A DNA stretch of 64,000 nucleotides from an uncultured Lachnospiraceae bacterium (GTDB lineage Bacteria; Bacillota; Clostridia; Lachnospirales; Lachnospiraceae), in assembly GCA_900554925.1 (NCBI GenBank), contig USJG01000001.1:21182-85181 (forward strand), read 5' to 3'. A model generated the notes under the pieces. That model saw only the letters and a program-made list of their open reading frames with translations, ran no database searches and was not told the origin of the DNA. The first letter of the stretch is position 1. Each line of letters starts with the position of its first letter. Made by a program: the position numbers and the translations under genes. Below are positions 30,064 through 40,148 of the stretch, piece after piece.

Positions 30064-31245
30064 ATGCGGGTTGTTTTTGCAGTTCACACATATTATCCGG
30101 CACACAATGGTGTACAGGCGGTAACACAGTATATTGCAGAAGGAATTGCACGGAAGCATGATGTTAGCGTGATCACGGAAAAGCGAAAAGGCTTCTTAAC
30201 CGAGGAAGAACACCAGGGAGTTCGGATTAATCGCATTGATGTAAAACAAAAGCATAATCGTTTTTATGGGGATAAGAAAAAATTTTATGAGTTACTGGAA
30301 GAAAAGCAGCCAGATATATTGGTTTGTGTATGTACACAGTCATGGCCTTTTGACTGGACACAGAATAGACTTAAGCGTATAATGTGTAAAAAGATATTGT
30401 ATACACATGGATATACTGCATATATAGACCATTATCCATTGTTGTATGATTTGTTTCATATGAAGCTGAGAGCTTTCCTCTATCATTTATATTGGAGAAA
30501 TTATTACAAAAAAGCATACAAGTATATTTCACAGTTTGATAGGGTAATCTATTTATCTGAAAATAATGCAGCAACTAAGTATGCTCAAAGACATGGGCTT
30601 ACCAATGGATTAATAATGGAAAATGCAGTGGAGGATGCCTTTTTTGATAACAGCATTTTAGAAGAGGAAGAGCATTTTAGAAAAGAAAGAAAAATACATT
30701 TTATTTATGTGGCTAATTATGATGACAATAAGAATCAGTTAGAATTGGTTAATCTTTTTGCGGAAGCTGATATTGATGGAAGCGTATTAACGCTGATCGG
30801 TGGAAAAGATAATGATTATTATCAAAAAGTATGTCAAAAATACAAAGAAAAATGTGTTAAAAATCCCGGGTTAAAGATTAATATTCTGCATGGATTGGCC
30901 AGAGAGCAGGTTCGACAATATCTTGAAAATTCTGATGTCTTTTTGTGTACAAGTAAACATGAAGAATATCCGGTTATGTTATGTGAGGCTGCAGCAAAAG
31001 GACTGGCAATTATTTCAACAGATGTAGGACACGCAACACAAATGCAGGGGTGCATTGTAGTAAATTCTTCAGATGAATTTAAAGCCCAGATGCATAGGCT
31101 GCAAGGAGATCCTGAACTGCGTAGAAGCTTAGGGGTACAGCTTAGGCAATATGCAGAGCAGCATTGTAGAATAGAAGAAAAGGTTAAACAGTTTGAAAAC
31201 ATATTATGTGAAATAACACAGTCGGAGAAAACGTATGTTAAATAA
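30064..31245 (+). CDS. GT4 glycosyltransferase
   Basis: YYPAHNGVQ, EEYPVMLCEAAAKG, ISTDVG. Confidence 0.85.
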   Translation: MRVVFAVHTYYPAHNGVQAVTQYIAEGIARKHDVSVITEKRKGFLTEEEHQGVRINRIDVKQKHNRFYGDKKKFYELLEEKQPDILVCVCTQSWPFDWTQNRLKRIMCKKILYTHGYTAYIDHYPLLYDLFHMKLRAFLYHLYWRNYYKKAYKYISQFDRVIYLSENNAATKYAQRHGLTNGLIMENAVEDAFFDNSILEEEEHFRKERKIHFIYVANYDDNKNQLELVNLFAEADIDGSVLTLIGGKDNDYYQKVCQKYKEKCVKNPGLKINILHGLAREQVRQYLENSDVFLCTSKHEEYPVMLCEAAAKGLAIISTDVGHATQMQGCIVVNSSDEFKAQMHRLQGDPELRRSLGVQLRQYAEQHCRIEEKVKQFENILCEITQSEKTYVK

Positions 31246-32986
31246 ATTAAATTACATTTTTAATGCGAAAGACAAAAGAAAAATTGTGATGATAATGGTT
31301 ATGATTATTATCGGAAGTCTTTTTGAACTGATGGGAGTTACAATTTTTCTGCCATTTATTGAACTGATAATGGATACTTCAGCGATATATGAAAATCAAT
31401 TCTTATCTTTTTTGTATACCAGAATTCATTTTGAAACAACAGAAGGTTTTCTTGCATTTATTGCATCACTCATTGGATTGGTTTATGTAATTAAGAATAT
31501 ATACCTTTCTATTATGCAAAATACAATTTTGAAGTTTTCTTATCGTACAAGAATGAACCTTGCTACAAGGCTTCTGGTAACCTACATGAGCGAACCCTAT
31601 ACTTTTCATTTATCCAATAATATGGCTGAATTGCAGAGGGCGCTACAGATTGATGCGAATCAATTTATGACGCTGCTAAGTTCTACGTTGCAGCTTATTG
31701 CAGAATTAGCGGTATGTATAGTATTAGGATTATTTTTGTTTGATACAAGTCATTCTATGACGGTAGTAGTAGTGGGATTATTGATTATTTGTGTAGGAGG
31801 CTATCTGGTTCTCTCAAAGAAAATTTCTATTAAGCTGGGAGAGCAAAATCAGAGATATAATTCAAGACTGATTCAATGGATAAATCAATCATTAGGTGGA
31901 ATCAAGGAAGTAAAGGTACTGGAAAGAGAAGAATTTTTTGTTGAATCTTATAAAGAAAATTATAAAAAGCTGATTAAAGGTGCGCGTATCAATGAATTGC
32001 TGGTGGCAATTCCCAAATATATTATAGAGACGGTATGTATTGTTGGTCTGCTGGCAGCTATTGTTGTTAAAATCTATTTTGGAAGACGTGAGATTGCTTC
32101 ATTTATTCCCCAGTTGGCAGCGTTTGCAGTTGCAGCATTTCGGCTTCTGCCTTCTGTAGGGAAAATTAATGCCTATATTAACAGTATTTTATACTGCAAG
32201 CCGTCTCTTGATCTGATATATAAGGATTTTAAGGATATTGAAGGGCATGAAGTACAGGAATTGACAGGGAAAGAGGATTTTAGCAGGTATACATTTGATA
32301 AAGAAATAAGAATTGATAAAATTTCCTATCGTTATCCGGGAACAGACAGTGATGTCATTCGTGATGTGAGTTTTTGCATTCCCAAGGGTAAGACAGTTGC
32401 CTTTATTGGAAGCTCAGGAGCAGGAAAGACCACGACTGCAGATATTATATTAGGCTTGCTGATACCTCAAAACGGAAAGATCATGGTAGATGATTGGAAT
32501 GCCTTTGAACATATGAGCTGTTGGCATAGAATGCTGGGTTATATACCTCAGAGCATTTATTTATCTGATGATACTATTTGCAATAATATTGCTTTTGGGA
32601 TTAAAGAACGGGAAATAGATATGGAAGCAGTAGTAGATGCACTTAAAAAGGCTCAATTGTATGATTTTGTTAATTCACTTCCAGAAGGAATTAACACGTT
32701 TGTAGGAGATCGCGGCATAAGATTATCAGGAGGCCAGAGACAGAGGATCGGAATTGCCAGAGCACTTTATCATAATCCTGATGTATTGGTTTTAGATGAA
32801 GCAACTTCAGCGCTTGATAATGAAACGGAACAAGCTGTTATGGAATCCATTGAAAGCCTGAAAGGGATTAAGACAATGATCATTATCGCACATCGTCTGA
32901 CAACGATTCGGAATGCAGATATTATATACGAGGTAATGGACGGAAAAGTAATTGAGCGCAGTAAAGAGGAAGTCTTTGGAAAGTAG
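31235..32986 (+). CDS. Second ABC transporter, fused permease/ATPase (PglK/Wzk-type flippase)
   Basis: TM domain, GSSGAGKTT, LSGGQRQRIGIARA, LDEATSALD; paralogous to 4454-6220. Confidence 0.88.
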   Translation: MLNKLNYIFNAKDKRKIVMIMVMIIIGSLFELMGVTIFLPFIELIMDTSAIYENQFLSFLYTRIHFETTEGFLAFIASLIGLVYVIKNIYLSIMQNTILKFSYRTRMNLATRLLVTYMSEPYTFHLSNNMAELQRALQIDANQFMTLLSSTLQLIAELAVCIVLGLFLFDTSHSMTVVVVGLLIICVGGYLVLSKKISIKLGEQNQRYNSRLIQWINQSLGGIKEVKVLEREEFFVESYKENYKKLIKGARINELLVAIPKYIIETVCIVGLLAAIVVKIYFGRREIASFIPQLAAFAVAAFRLLPSVGKINAYINSILYCKPSLDLIYKDFKDIEGHEVQELTGKEDFSRYTFDKEIRIDKISYRYPGTDSDVIRDVSFCIPKGKTVAFIGSSGAGKTTTADIILGLLIPQNGKIMVDDWNAFEHMSCWHRMLGYIPQSIYLSDDTICNNIAFGIKEREIDMEAVVDALKKAQLYDFVNSLPEGINTFVGDRGIRLSGGQRQRIGIARALYHNPDVLVLDEATSALDNETEQAVMESIESLKGIKTMIIIAHRLTTIRNADIIYEVMDGKVIERSKEEVFGK

Positions 32987-32995
32987 GAAAATGAA

Positions 32996-34105
32996 ATGGA
33001 TAAAATTTTGGTAACGAGATCTTCTATGCCGCCAATAGATGAGTATATAGAGGAAATCAAATCACTTTGGGAAACGCACTGGCTTACTAATATGGGAGAA
33101 AAACACGTTGAGTTGGAAAAGCAGCTTAGAGATTACCTTAAAGTTCCCAATCTTTCTCTTTTTACTAATGGACATATGGCATTGGAGTTAATTTTACAGG
33201 CATTTGAAATAAAGGGTGAAGTAATTACAACACCCTTTACTTTTGTATCTACAACGCATGCGATTGTAAGAAATGGATTAAAACCGGTGTTCTGTGATGT
33301 TGATCCAAATACATATACGATAGATGCGAATAAAATTGAAAGTTTAATAACCAGCAGGACAGAAGCAATCGTACCTGTACATGTTTACGGTCAGCCCTGT
33401 GATGTGGAAAACATTGAACGGATAGCTCATAAACATGGATTAAAGGTCATTTATGATGCGGCACATGCCTTTGGTGTGAAGTATAAGGGGAAAGGAATTG
33501 GAGAATATGGAGATGCATCCATGTTCAGTTTCCATGCGACTAAGGTTTTTAATACGATAGAGGGTGGTGCGGTTTGCTATCGAAAACCGGAAATTGGAGA
33601 AAAATTGTATCGGCTTAGAAATTTTGGTATTATGGATGAAGTGACGGTTGATGCTGTGGGAGCTAATGCTAAGATGAATGAATTTCAGGCCGCCATGGGA
33701 CTTTGTAATTTGCGGCATCTGGAAAAACAGATAGAGAAAAGAAAGGAAGTATTTGAGAGATATAAGCAGCATTTGAATGAGATAAATGGAATACGAATCT
33801 TAGAACTTAAAGAGAATGTGGACTATAATTATGCGTATTTCCCGGTGATGTTTGACGAAGAGATACTGGGTTTTTCCAGGGATACTGTTGATGAAGTGCT
33901 GAAAAGGAATGGAATTTATGCCCGTAAATATTTCTACCCTATTACCAGCAGCTACGAGTGTTACAATAAGATGTACTCTTCGGAAGATACGCCCATAGCA
34001 GAGGAACTGTCTGAAAAAGTTTTGACATTGCCTATGTATGCAGATTTAGAATTGGAAACAGTAGATTTTATTTGTGAATTAATCACGGAAATAGTGAGAA
34101 GATAG
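32996..34105 (+). CDS. vioA: DegT/DnrJ family aminotransferase, VioA-like (dTDP-4-amino-4,6-dideoxyglucose)
   Basis: ILVTRSSMP, WLTNMG, YDAAHAFG, FSFHATKVFNTIEGG, RKYFYP. Confidence 0.78.
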   Translation: MDKILVTRSSMPPIDEYIEEIKSLWETHWLTNMGEKHVELEKQLRDYLKVPNLSLFTNGHMALELILQAFEIKGEVITTPFTFVSTTHAIVRNGLKPVFCDVDPNTYTIDANKIESLITSRTEAIVPVHVYGQPCDVENIERIAHKHGLKVIYDAAHAFGVKYKGKGIGEYGDASMFSFHATKVFNTIEGGAVCYRKPEIGEKLYRLRNFGIMDEVTVDAVGANAKMNEFQAAMGLCNLRHLEKQIEKRKEVFERYKQHLNEINGIRILELKENVDYNYAYFPVMFDEEILGFSRDTVDEVLKRNGIYARKYFYPITSSYECYNKMYSSEDTPIAEELSEKVLTLPMYADLELETVDFICELITEIVRR

Positions 34106-34109
34106 TTTT

Positions 34110-35111
34110 ATGGATAATGTTATGGTAACAGTATGTTGTATTACATACAATCATGCAAAATATGTCAGGCAATGCCTGGACAGCCTTGTAGAACAAAAAA
34201 CAGATTTTCTTTATGAAATATTGATTCACGACGATGCGTCTACAGATGGTACAGCAGACATTATCAGAGAGTATATGAATAAATATCCGAAACTGTTTGT
34301 CCCTATGTTAGAGGAAGAAAATCAGTATTCTCAGGGAAGGCGTTCCATTTTAATACAAATGATGTTAAAAAGGGCAAGAGGAAAATACTTTGCGGTATGC
34401 GAGGGAGATGATTTCTGGTGTGACCCATACAAATTGCAGAAACAGTTTAAAATTCTTGAAACTCATGAAGACTGCAATATATGTACACACACAGTTGAAG
34501 TTATAAAAGAAGATAGTTCCGATTATGGAATGAATATTCCGGAAAGAGATATTCTATATGGGGTTATGGAGGGACAAACACTTATAAATTATATAGCTTA
34601 TGAAGATACCCATTTATTCCATACAAGCAGTATGTTTTGCCGTAAACAGTCAATAGAGGATGAACTGGAAGAATTACCGGATTTTATGCTGGCAACAGCA
34701 GCAGAGGACAGAGTACTCTTTTTGCTTTATGGGTCAAAAGGAAATCTGTTTTACCTGAATGAGAGCATGTCAAGGTATAGAATCCAAAGTGAAGGAAGCT
34801 GGTCAAGCCAGAATGCGGGATCAAGGAAAAGAGCGTTGCGGACGGATAAGGATTTATTGCAGATGATCAGAGGATTTAATGAATTTACTAAGGGGCGCTT
34901 TGAAGAAGAAGCGTATGCTTATGAGACTATATTAAATTTCAGGATATTTCAAAATGAGAGAAAATTTAAAGAACTCCTGGATGGGCGGTATGCAAAACTA
35001 TTTAAAAATTTAGGGAAAAAGCAAAAAATATATTATAGATTATGTGCATATTTTCCATTTGTAGGAGATTGTTATTATAAATTGAAAAGAGATAAGAGTG
35101 AAGATAAATGA
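34110..35111 (+). CDS. GT2 glycosyltransferase
   Basis: CITYNH, HDDASTDG, CEGDDFW. Confidence 0.88.
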   Translation: MDNVMVTVCCITYNHAKYVRQCLDSLVEQKTDFLYEILIHDDASTDGTADIIREYMNKYPKLFVPMLEEENQYSQGRRSILIQMMLKRARGKYFAVCEGDDFWCDPYKLQKQFKILETHEDCNICTHTVEVIKEDSSDYGMNIPERDILYGVMEGQTLINYIAYEDTHLFHTSSMFCRKQSIEDELEELPDFMLATAAEDRVLFLLYGSKGNLFYLNESMSRYRIQSEGSWSSQNAGSRKRALRTDKDLLQMIRGFNEFTKGRFEEEAYAYETILNFRIFQNERKFKELLDGRYAKLFKNLGKKQKIYYRLCAYFPFVGDCYYKLKRDKSEDK

Positions 35112-35836
35112 AACTTGGAATTATGCAGCCATATTTTATGCCCTATATCGGGTATTGGCAGTTAATGAATGCAGTAGACAAATATGTGGTATATGATGAT
35201 GTAAATTTTATAAAAGGCGGATGGATCAACAGAAATAGAATTTTACTTGATGGGAAACCACAGTATTTTAATATACAGATGGCAGGAGCAAGCTCTTTTA
35301 AGCATATCAATGAAATTGGCGTCTCGGATAATCTTTCAGTAATCAATAAGAATATCAGGATTCTGGAGGCGGCTTACAAAAAAGCCCCATATTATAATCA
35401 AGTGATGCCCATAATAGAAGAGATATTGCGTTGTCAAGCAGAGAATTTAGCTTTTTTCATTAGAAATTCATTTGAGGTAATTAATAATTATCTCGGAATC
35501 GGTACGCAGTTAATTATGTCCTCTGATCTTAAGAAAAATAATGAACTTCATGGACAGGATAAAGTGATTGCCATATGCAGACTGTTAAAGGCAGACGAAT
35601 ATTATAATGCAATTGGCGGGCAGGAATTGTATTCTTTTCAGGAATTCAGGAAAAATGGATTGGAATTGAAGTTTCTCAAAACAAATGAAATTGCTTATCA
35701 GCAGTTTGACAATGAATTTATTCCGAACTTGTCAATGATTGATATCCTGATGTTTAATTCAGCAGATACAATTCAGGGGTTTTTGTCAGAGTACAGTTTA
35801 ATAGATGAAGGCGGAGAGAAAAATGCTTATAATTAA
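35108..35836 (+). CDS. wbqC: WbqC-like protein (putative aminoacyl/glycyl transferase to amino sugar)
   Basis: MQPYFMPYIGYWQL, WINRNRI, NAIGGQELY, NLSMIDILMFN. Confidence 0.85.
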   Translation: MKLGIMQPYFMPYIGYWQLMNAVDKYVVYDDVNFIKGGWINRNRILLDGKPQYFNIQMAGASSFKHINEIGVSDNLSVINKNIRILEAAYKKAPYYNQVMPIIEEILRCQAENLAFFIRNSFEVINNYLGIGTQLIMSSDLKKNNELHGQDKVIAICRLLKADEYYNAIGGQELYSFQEFRKNGLELKFLKTNEIAYQQFDNEFIPNLSMIDILMFNSADTIQGFLSEYSLIDEGGEKNAYN

Positions 35837-37313
35837 GATTATGGGTGGATTTGCAAGTCAGGTTTATAAATTCTTTTTGGGAGCAAAGCTTGCAGAATAT
35901 TTACAGACAGAGCTGGTACTGGACGTAAGTGATTATTATGATGGATATTTTCGCCCGTATAACTTAAATATGCTGAATCTTCCTGCGTTTCGTACTGTAT
36001 GTACGCGCGAAATAGCTAAAAAATATCCCGGATTAAATTGGATAAGAAACACCGAAGATATGGAAAATATGATAAGCGGCAGGTTGAAGGGAGACTTTTA
36101 TATTTTTCGTGAGGAACCGGATTATGCTGATTTTTTCTGGAAGCATCCGGAATTTGAGGTGGATGAAAATACACCTTATATAAAAAGTTTAGCATTAAAA
36201 AAAACATCTTTATTTATTGAAACATTTAAAAGGAACATTGCCGGGCAAACTTCTGTGGCAATTCATATTCGCAGAGGTGATTTTGTTACTTTGGGACAGG
36301 AAAGTAAAATCTTCTATTATCGTGCCGCCATTGCATGGTTTTATGAACGAGATCCGCAGACAGAGTTTTATTTCTTTTCTAATGATCTGGCATGGGTAAA
36401 GGAGCAATTTGGCACCTGTAATCGATTCCATTATGTGTGTTCGAAGGATGAAAAAGCTGGTGATATTGAAGAATTGTTCTGTATGTCATATTGCAATTAT
36501 CGAGTATTGTCCAATTATAGTGGATATGGACTATTAGCGAATACATTTTCTGCAGTTCGAAATACAAATGGATTTGCTTTAATTGAAGAAAGAATGAATC
36601 ATGAATACGAGTATAAAGGGATTGAGGGAAGTATCAAATACCTTAACCAGGAGCAGATAAAAGAATATGATTTCAAATATAAAAATATAGATTGGGGAAA
36701 ATGTGAAAGTGTGCTTTCACAACAGGATATGAAGACTCCTGAACAAAAAGAGAAAGTGAGCAGGAAAGAAAAATTTTATATGATTACCTGCGAGAAGTAC
36801 AGTAAATGGTTTCGAAGAGGAATGTTTGAAATTGCAATAAAGCTTACGGAGAATGGATATGAAACAAAATATATAAATCTGCACAATTGTTCCCGCCAAA
36901 AGCAGCTTGATTCAGAAGCCGCCTGTAATATGGATGGTCAGGAGTATGGATTTGATATCCTTAGCGGAAGTTTGACACAGATTGAACGATTGTTGCAGGA
37001 AAATCCGGATGCATTTCTTGTATGTGATTGCAAACTGCCATTTAGGTATGCGGGACAAAGTATTTTAATTAAATCCAAAAAAGCGTATGCATGGCAAAAA
37101 AAGTGGACGAAAGAATTGCTTAGAGATAATTTTAAGGATGGGGTCAGATATTTGTTATATAAAAGTTATGATTTCCAACATATAGTGACATTGCTCGATA
37201 AATATTGGGAGCATACTTTGATGCAGGATGGAAAAAGTGATGAAGATGTGACAACAAAATTTCATCAGGTTTATAAAGAAATAGTCGGCCAAATCTGTTT
37301 ATATATAAAATGA
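35823..37313 (+). CDS. Divergent GT11 domain plus unknown C-terminal extension
   Basis: MGGFASQ, AIHIRRGDF, FFSND, MSYCNYRVLSNYSGY, followed by about 240 aa with no recognisable motif. Confidence 0.7.
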   Translation: MLIIKIMGGFASQVYKFFLGAKLAEYLQTELVLDVSDYYDGYFRPYNLNMLNLPAFRTVCTREIAKKYPGLNWIRNTEDMENMISGRLKGDFYIFREEPDYADFFWKHPEFEVDENTPYIKSLALKKTSLFIETFKRNIAGQTSVAIHIRRGDFVTLGQESKIFYYRAAIAWFYERDPQTEFYFFSNDLAWVKEQFGTCNRFHYVCSKDEKAGDIEELFCMSYCNYRVLSNYSGYGLLANTFSAVRNTNGFALIEERMNHEYEYKGIEGSIKYLNQEQIKEYDFKYKNIDWGKCESVLSQQDMKTPEQKEKVSRKEKFYMITCEKYSKWFRRGMFEIAIKLTENGYETKYINLHNCSRQKQLDSEAACNMDGQEYGFDILSGSLTQIERLLQENPDAFLVCDCKLPFRYAGQSILIKSKKAYAWQKKWTKELLRDNFKDGVRYLLYKSYDFQHIVTLLDKYWEHTLMQDGKSDEDVTTKFHQVYKEIVGQICLYIK

Positions 37314-37373
37314 AATCGAAGATATTATTTATATTGTCACTAAATATTCTTTACTGGTAATAGGGCTTATGAG

Positions 37374-38399
37374 ATGAAAGAAAGAGTAATTTATTTAGAT
37401 ATTTTAAAAGCTATTTGCTGTTTTTTGGTTATTGTTCTCCATGTGTCAACGCAAAATTGGAGTAACTGCGACGTTAATTCTTTTGCATGGGATATATTCA
37501 ATATATATGACAGCATAACAAGATTTACAGTTCCTGTTCTGGTTATGATAAGTGGTGCGCTGTTTCTAAATGGTAAGAAGCAAATAGAAATAAAAAGTTT
37601 ATATAGGAAAAATATATTGCGTTTAATAATTTCTTATTTGTTTTGGTCAACTATATACGCAGCGTATCTGCAGATGTTTGTTGAAAGAGGCAGTTTAAAG
37701 GAATTTGTATTTAATGTTATTAATGGCTATTATCATATGTGGTTTATACCTATGATAATTGGATTATATATACTGGTCCCAATATTGAGAAAAGTAGCGG
37801 AAGATGTTGATGTAATGCGTTATTTTATAATAGTTTCACTTTTTTTCACCTTTTTAGTTCCTGTAGGATTAAAGCTGCCTTATATTGCAAAATTTAAGTC
37901 AGTTTATGAGAATATGGAATTATATTTTCCACTTGGATATGTATCATATTTTGTATTGGGCCATTATCTTGCCAATAAAGAAACAGGGCATATGAGAAAG
38001 CTTATTATGGCAGGTGGAGCAGCAGGGATATTATTAACAATTGGCATCAGTAAAATATTGTCTATAAAAAATGGATATGCTACAGGATATTATGGAAATG
38101 ATACTATTCCTGTTCTTCTGGCCAGTGTAGCGATATTTGAGGGGGTAAAATATTTATGCTCTGAAAATCAGGTTGAGGGCAGGGTAAGACAAGGAATAAA
38201 TATAGGATCAAAGTATTCGCTGGGAATATATTTACTGCATCCACTGCTGATTTTAATATTAAAAGGTTTGGGATTAAATACATTAACCTTTAACCCTGTG
38301 ATTTCTGTGCCAATTATTTCAATAATTGTTTATCTGTTGAGCATGGCATTAGTATTATTATTAAGTAAAATTCCAAAATTGGGGAAAGTGATTGTCTGA
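37374..38399 (+). CDS. Acyltransferase-3 family membrane O-acyltransferase
   Basis: RVIYLDILK, VIVLH, VPVLVMISG, YHMWFI, SLGIYLLHP. Confidence 0.88.
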   Translation: MKERVIYLDILKAICCFLVIVLHVSTQNWSNCDVNSFAWDIFNIYDSITRFTVPVLVMISGALFLNGKKQIEIKSLYRKNILRLIISYLFWSTIYAAYLQMFVERGSLKEFVFNVINGYYHMWFIPMIIGLYILVPILRKVAEDVDVMRYFIIVSLFFTFLVPVGLKLPYIAKFKSVYENMELYFPLGYVSYFVLGHYLANKETGHMRKLIMAGGAAGILLTIGISKILSIKNGYATGYYGNDTIPVLLASVAIFEGVKYLCSENQVEGRVRQGINIGSKYSLGIYLLHPLLILILKGLGLNTLTFNPVISVPIISIIVYLLSMALVLLLSKIPKLGKVIV

Positions 38400-39387
38400 T
38401 ATGGAAATAGGCGGATATTTTGGGTTTGAAGAGTATAGAGGGGAATTATACCATAATAAGGCGCTAAAGTTTAATAGCGCAAGAAATTGCCTGCGGTTTT
38501 TGCTCAGAAAAAGAAATATAAAAAGAATATTTATACCGTATTATTTATGCGGAGTAATAAAAGAGGTCTGTTTAGAAGAGGGCTGTGAAATTTTTTTCTA
38601 TCATATAAATCAGGAATTTTTAATAGAGGAAGACTTTCAAAATGAATTTGACATCACGCAAGATTATCTTTATGTGGTAAATTATTGCGGATTTTTAGAA
38701 AACAGCTACGTATCCAGTTTAAAACAAAAATATAAAAACATTATATTGGATAATGTTCAAAATTATTTTGGACAACCAATTAACGGAATTGATACATTGT
38801 ATAGCTGCAGAAAATTTGTCGGCGTAGCAGATGGTGGATTTTTATACAGTAACCTGGAGAATGACTGCACATTTGAAACGGATGTTTCTTTTGAAGCAAT
38901 GAAATACCTGTTGGGAAGATATGAGTATGATGCACAGAGCTTTTATGAAGATTTTCAAAATCACGAAGATACCTTTACAGACAGGACAATTAAATTAATG
39001 TCCAGGTTAACAGAAAATATTTTGAAAAGCCTGGATTACCAATATATTATAGAACAAAGAAATAAAAATTTCCTTTATCTGCATGAGCATTTAAAGCATC
39101 AAAATCTGGTAAAAGTAAATGAAAACGTAAAAGGACCGTTTTCTTATCCTTTTTTTATTGAAGATGGAGAAGCTATCAGAAAAAAATTAATTGAAAGAAA
39201 GATATTTGTTCCGCAGTACTGGAAAGAGGTAAAAGAGACAGTTGGTGCCAGCAAGGTCGAAAAGAATTTGGTGGAACAAATATTGTGGCTGCCCTGTGAC
39301 CACAGATATACTTTAGACAACATAAAATATATGCTGGAGATACTGGAGCAACAGATAAGGAGAGAGGAATATAATAATGCAAGATAA
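38392..39387 (+). CDS. Divergent DegT-like PLP-dependent protein
   Basis: EIGGYF, SARNCL, VNYCG, ILDNVQ, YSCRKFVGVADGG, LPCDHRY. Confidence 0.6.
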   Translation: MSDMEIGGYFGFEEYRGELYHNKALKFNSARNCLRFLLRKRNIKRIFIPYYLCGVIKEVCLEEGCEIFFYHINQEFLIEEDFQNEFDITQDYLYVVNYCGFLENSYVSSLKQKYKNIILDNVQNYFGQPINGIDTLYSCRKFVGVADGGFLYSNLENDCTFETDVSFEAMKYLLGRYEYDAQSFYEDFQNHEDTFTDRTIKLMSRLTENILKSLDYQYIIEQRNKNFLYLHEHLKHQNLVKVNENVKGPFSYPFFIEDGEAIRKKLIERKIFVPQYWKEVKETVGASKVEKNLVEQILWLPCDHRYTLDNIKYMLEILEQQIRREEYNNAR

Positions 39388-40108
39388 AAGTAATAAAGAT
39401 TATTGGACGGAAAAGCAAAATCTGGAGTGGTATAAAAGACAATTTAAGAGTCCATATAGAATAACGGTTGCGTTTGAAAAGTTTCTTCGTCAAAATGTAA
39501 GTATCAGCAATGATAAAGTCCTGGATGTGGGATGCGGAGCCGGAAGTGCGTTAGCATATATTGCCGATAAGTACAAAAATGCACAGTTTACGGGAATAGA
39601 TATAAATACAGAATTGTTTCAACTTTTTGAGGGAGAAACAAACAACATTAAACTTGAAAAAGCAGATTGCTTTAATTTAGACGAAAAATATAAAAATCAA
39701 TTTGATGGGGTAATCAGTTTACAGACCTTATCATGGCTTCCGGAATACAAGCGTCCATTAGAAGAAATATGTAAGTTAAATCCCAGATGGATAGCAGTAT
39801 CATCATTATTTTACAATGGAAAGATAAATTATACAATAAGCATTGAAAATTATGAAAGGCCAACGCATGAAGCTGATTTTTCCAAGGTAAATTACAATAT
39901 ATATTCTGTGCCGATTATTCAGCAGTTGTTACAGGAATATGGTTATTCCAATTTTTGTTATCAGCCTTTTGAAATTGATATGGATATCACAAAGCCTGAT
40001 CATAATGATTTGGGATATTATACTATAAAAACCCAGGATAATAGGCGGCTTGCTTTTAATACCTGTCTTTTTCAGCCTGAAGGGTTCTTTTTTGCTTCTA
40101 AGAATTAA
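39377..40108 (+). CDS. Class I SAM-dependent methyltransferase
   Basis: VLDVGCGAG, TGIDIN. Confidence 0.85.
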   Translation: MQDKSNKDYWTEKQNLEWYKRQFKSPYRITVAFEKFLRQNVSISNDKVLDVGCGAGSALAYIADKYKNAQFTGIDINTELFQLFEGETNNIKLEKADCFNLDEKYKNQFDGVISLQTLSWLPEYKRPLEEICKLNPRWIAVSSLFYNGKINYTISIENYERPTHEADFSKVNYNIYSVPIIQQLLQEYGYSNFCYQPFEIDMDITKPDHNDLGYYTIKTQDNRRLAFNTCLFQPEGFFFASKN

Positions 40109-40148
40109 TTATGAACTGCGAATTAAATGAAATAAGGGGATATGCAAT

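Noticed and set aside
37334..37363. Possible internal promoter TTGTCA...TGGTAAT upstream of the acyltransferase
   Set aside because: The -10 match is poor in AT-rich DNA and cannot be supported.
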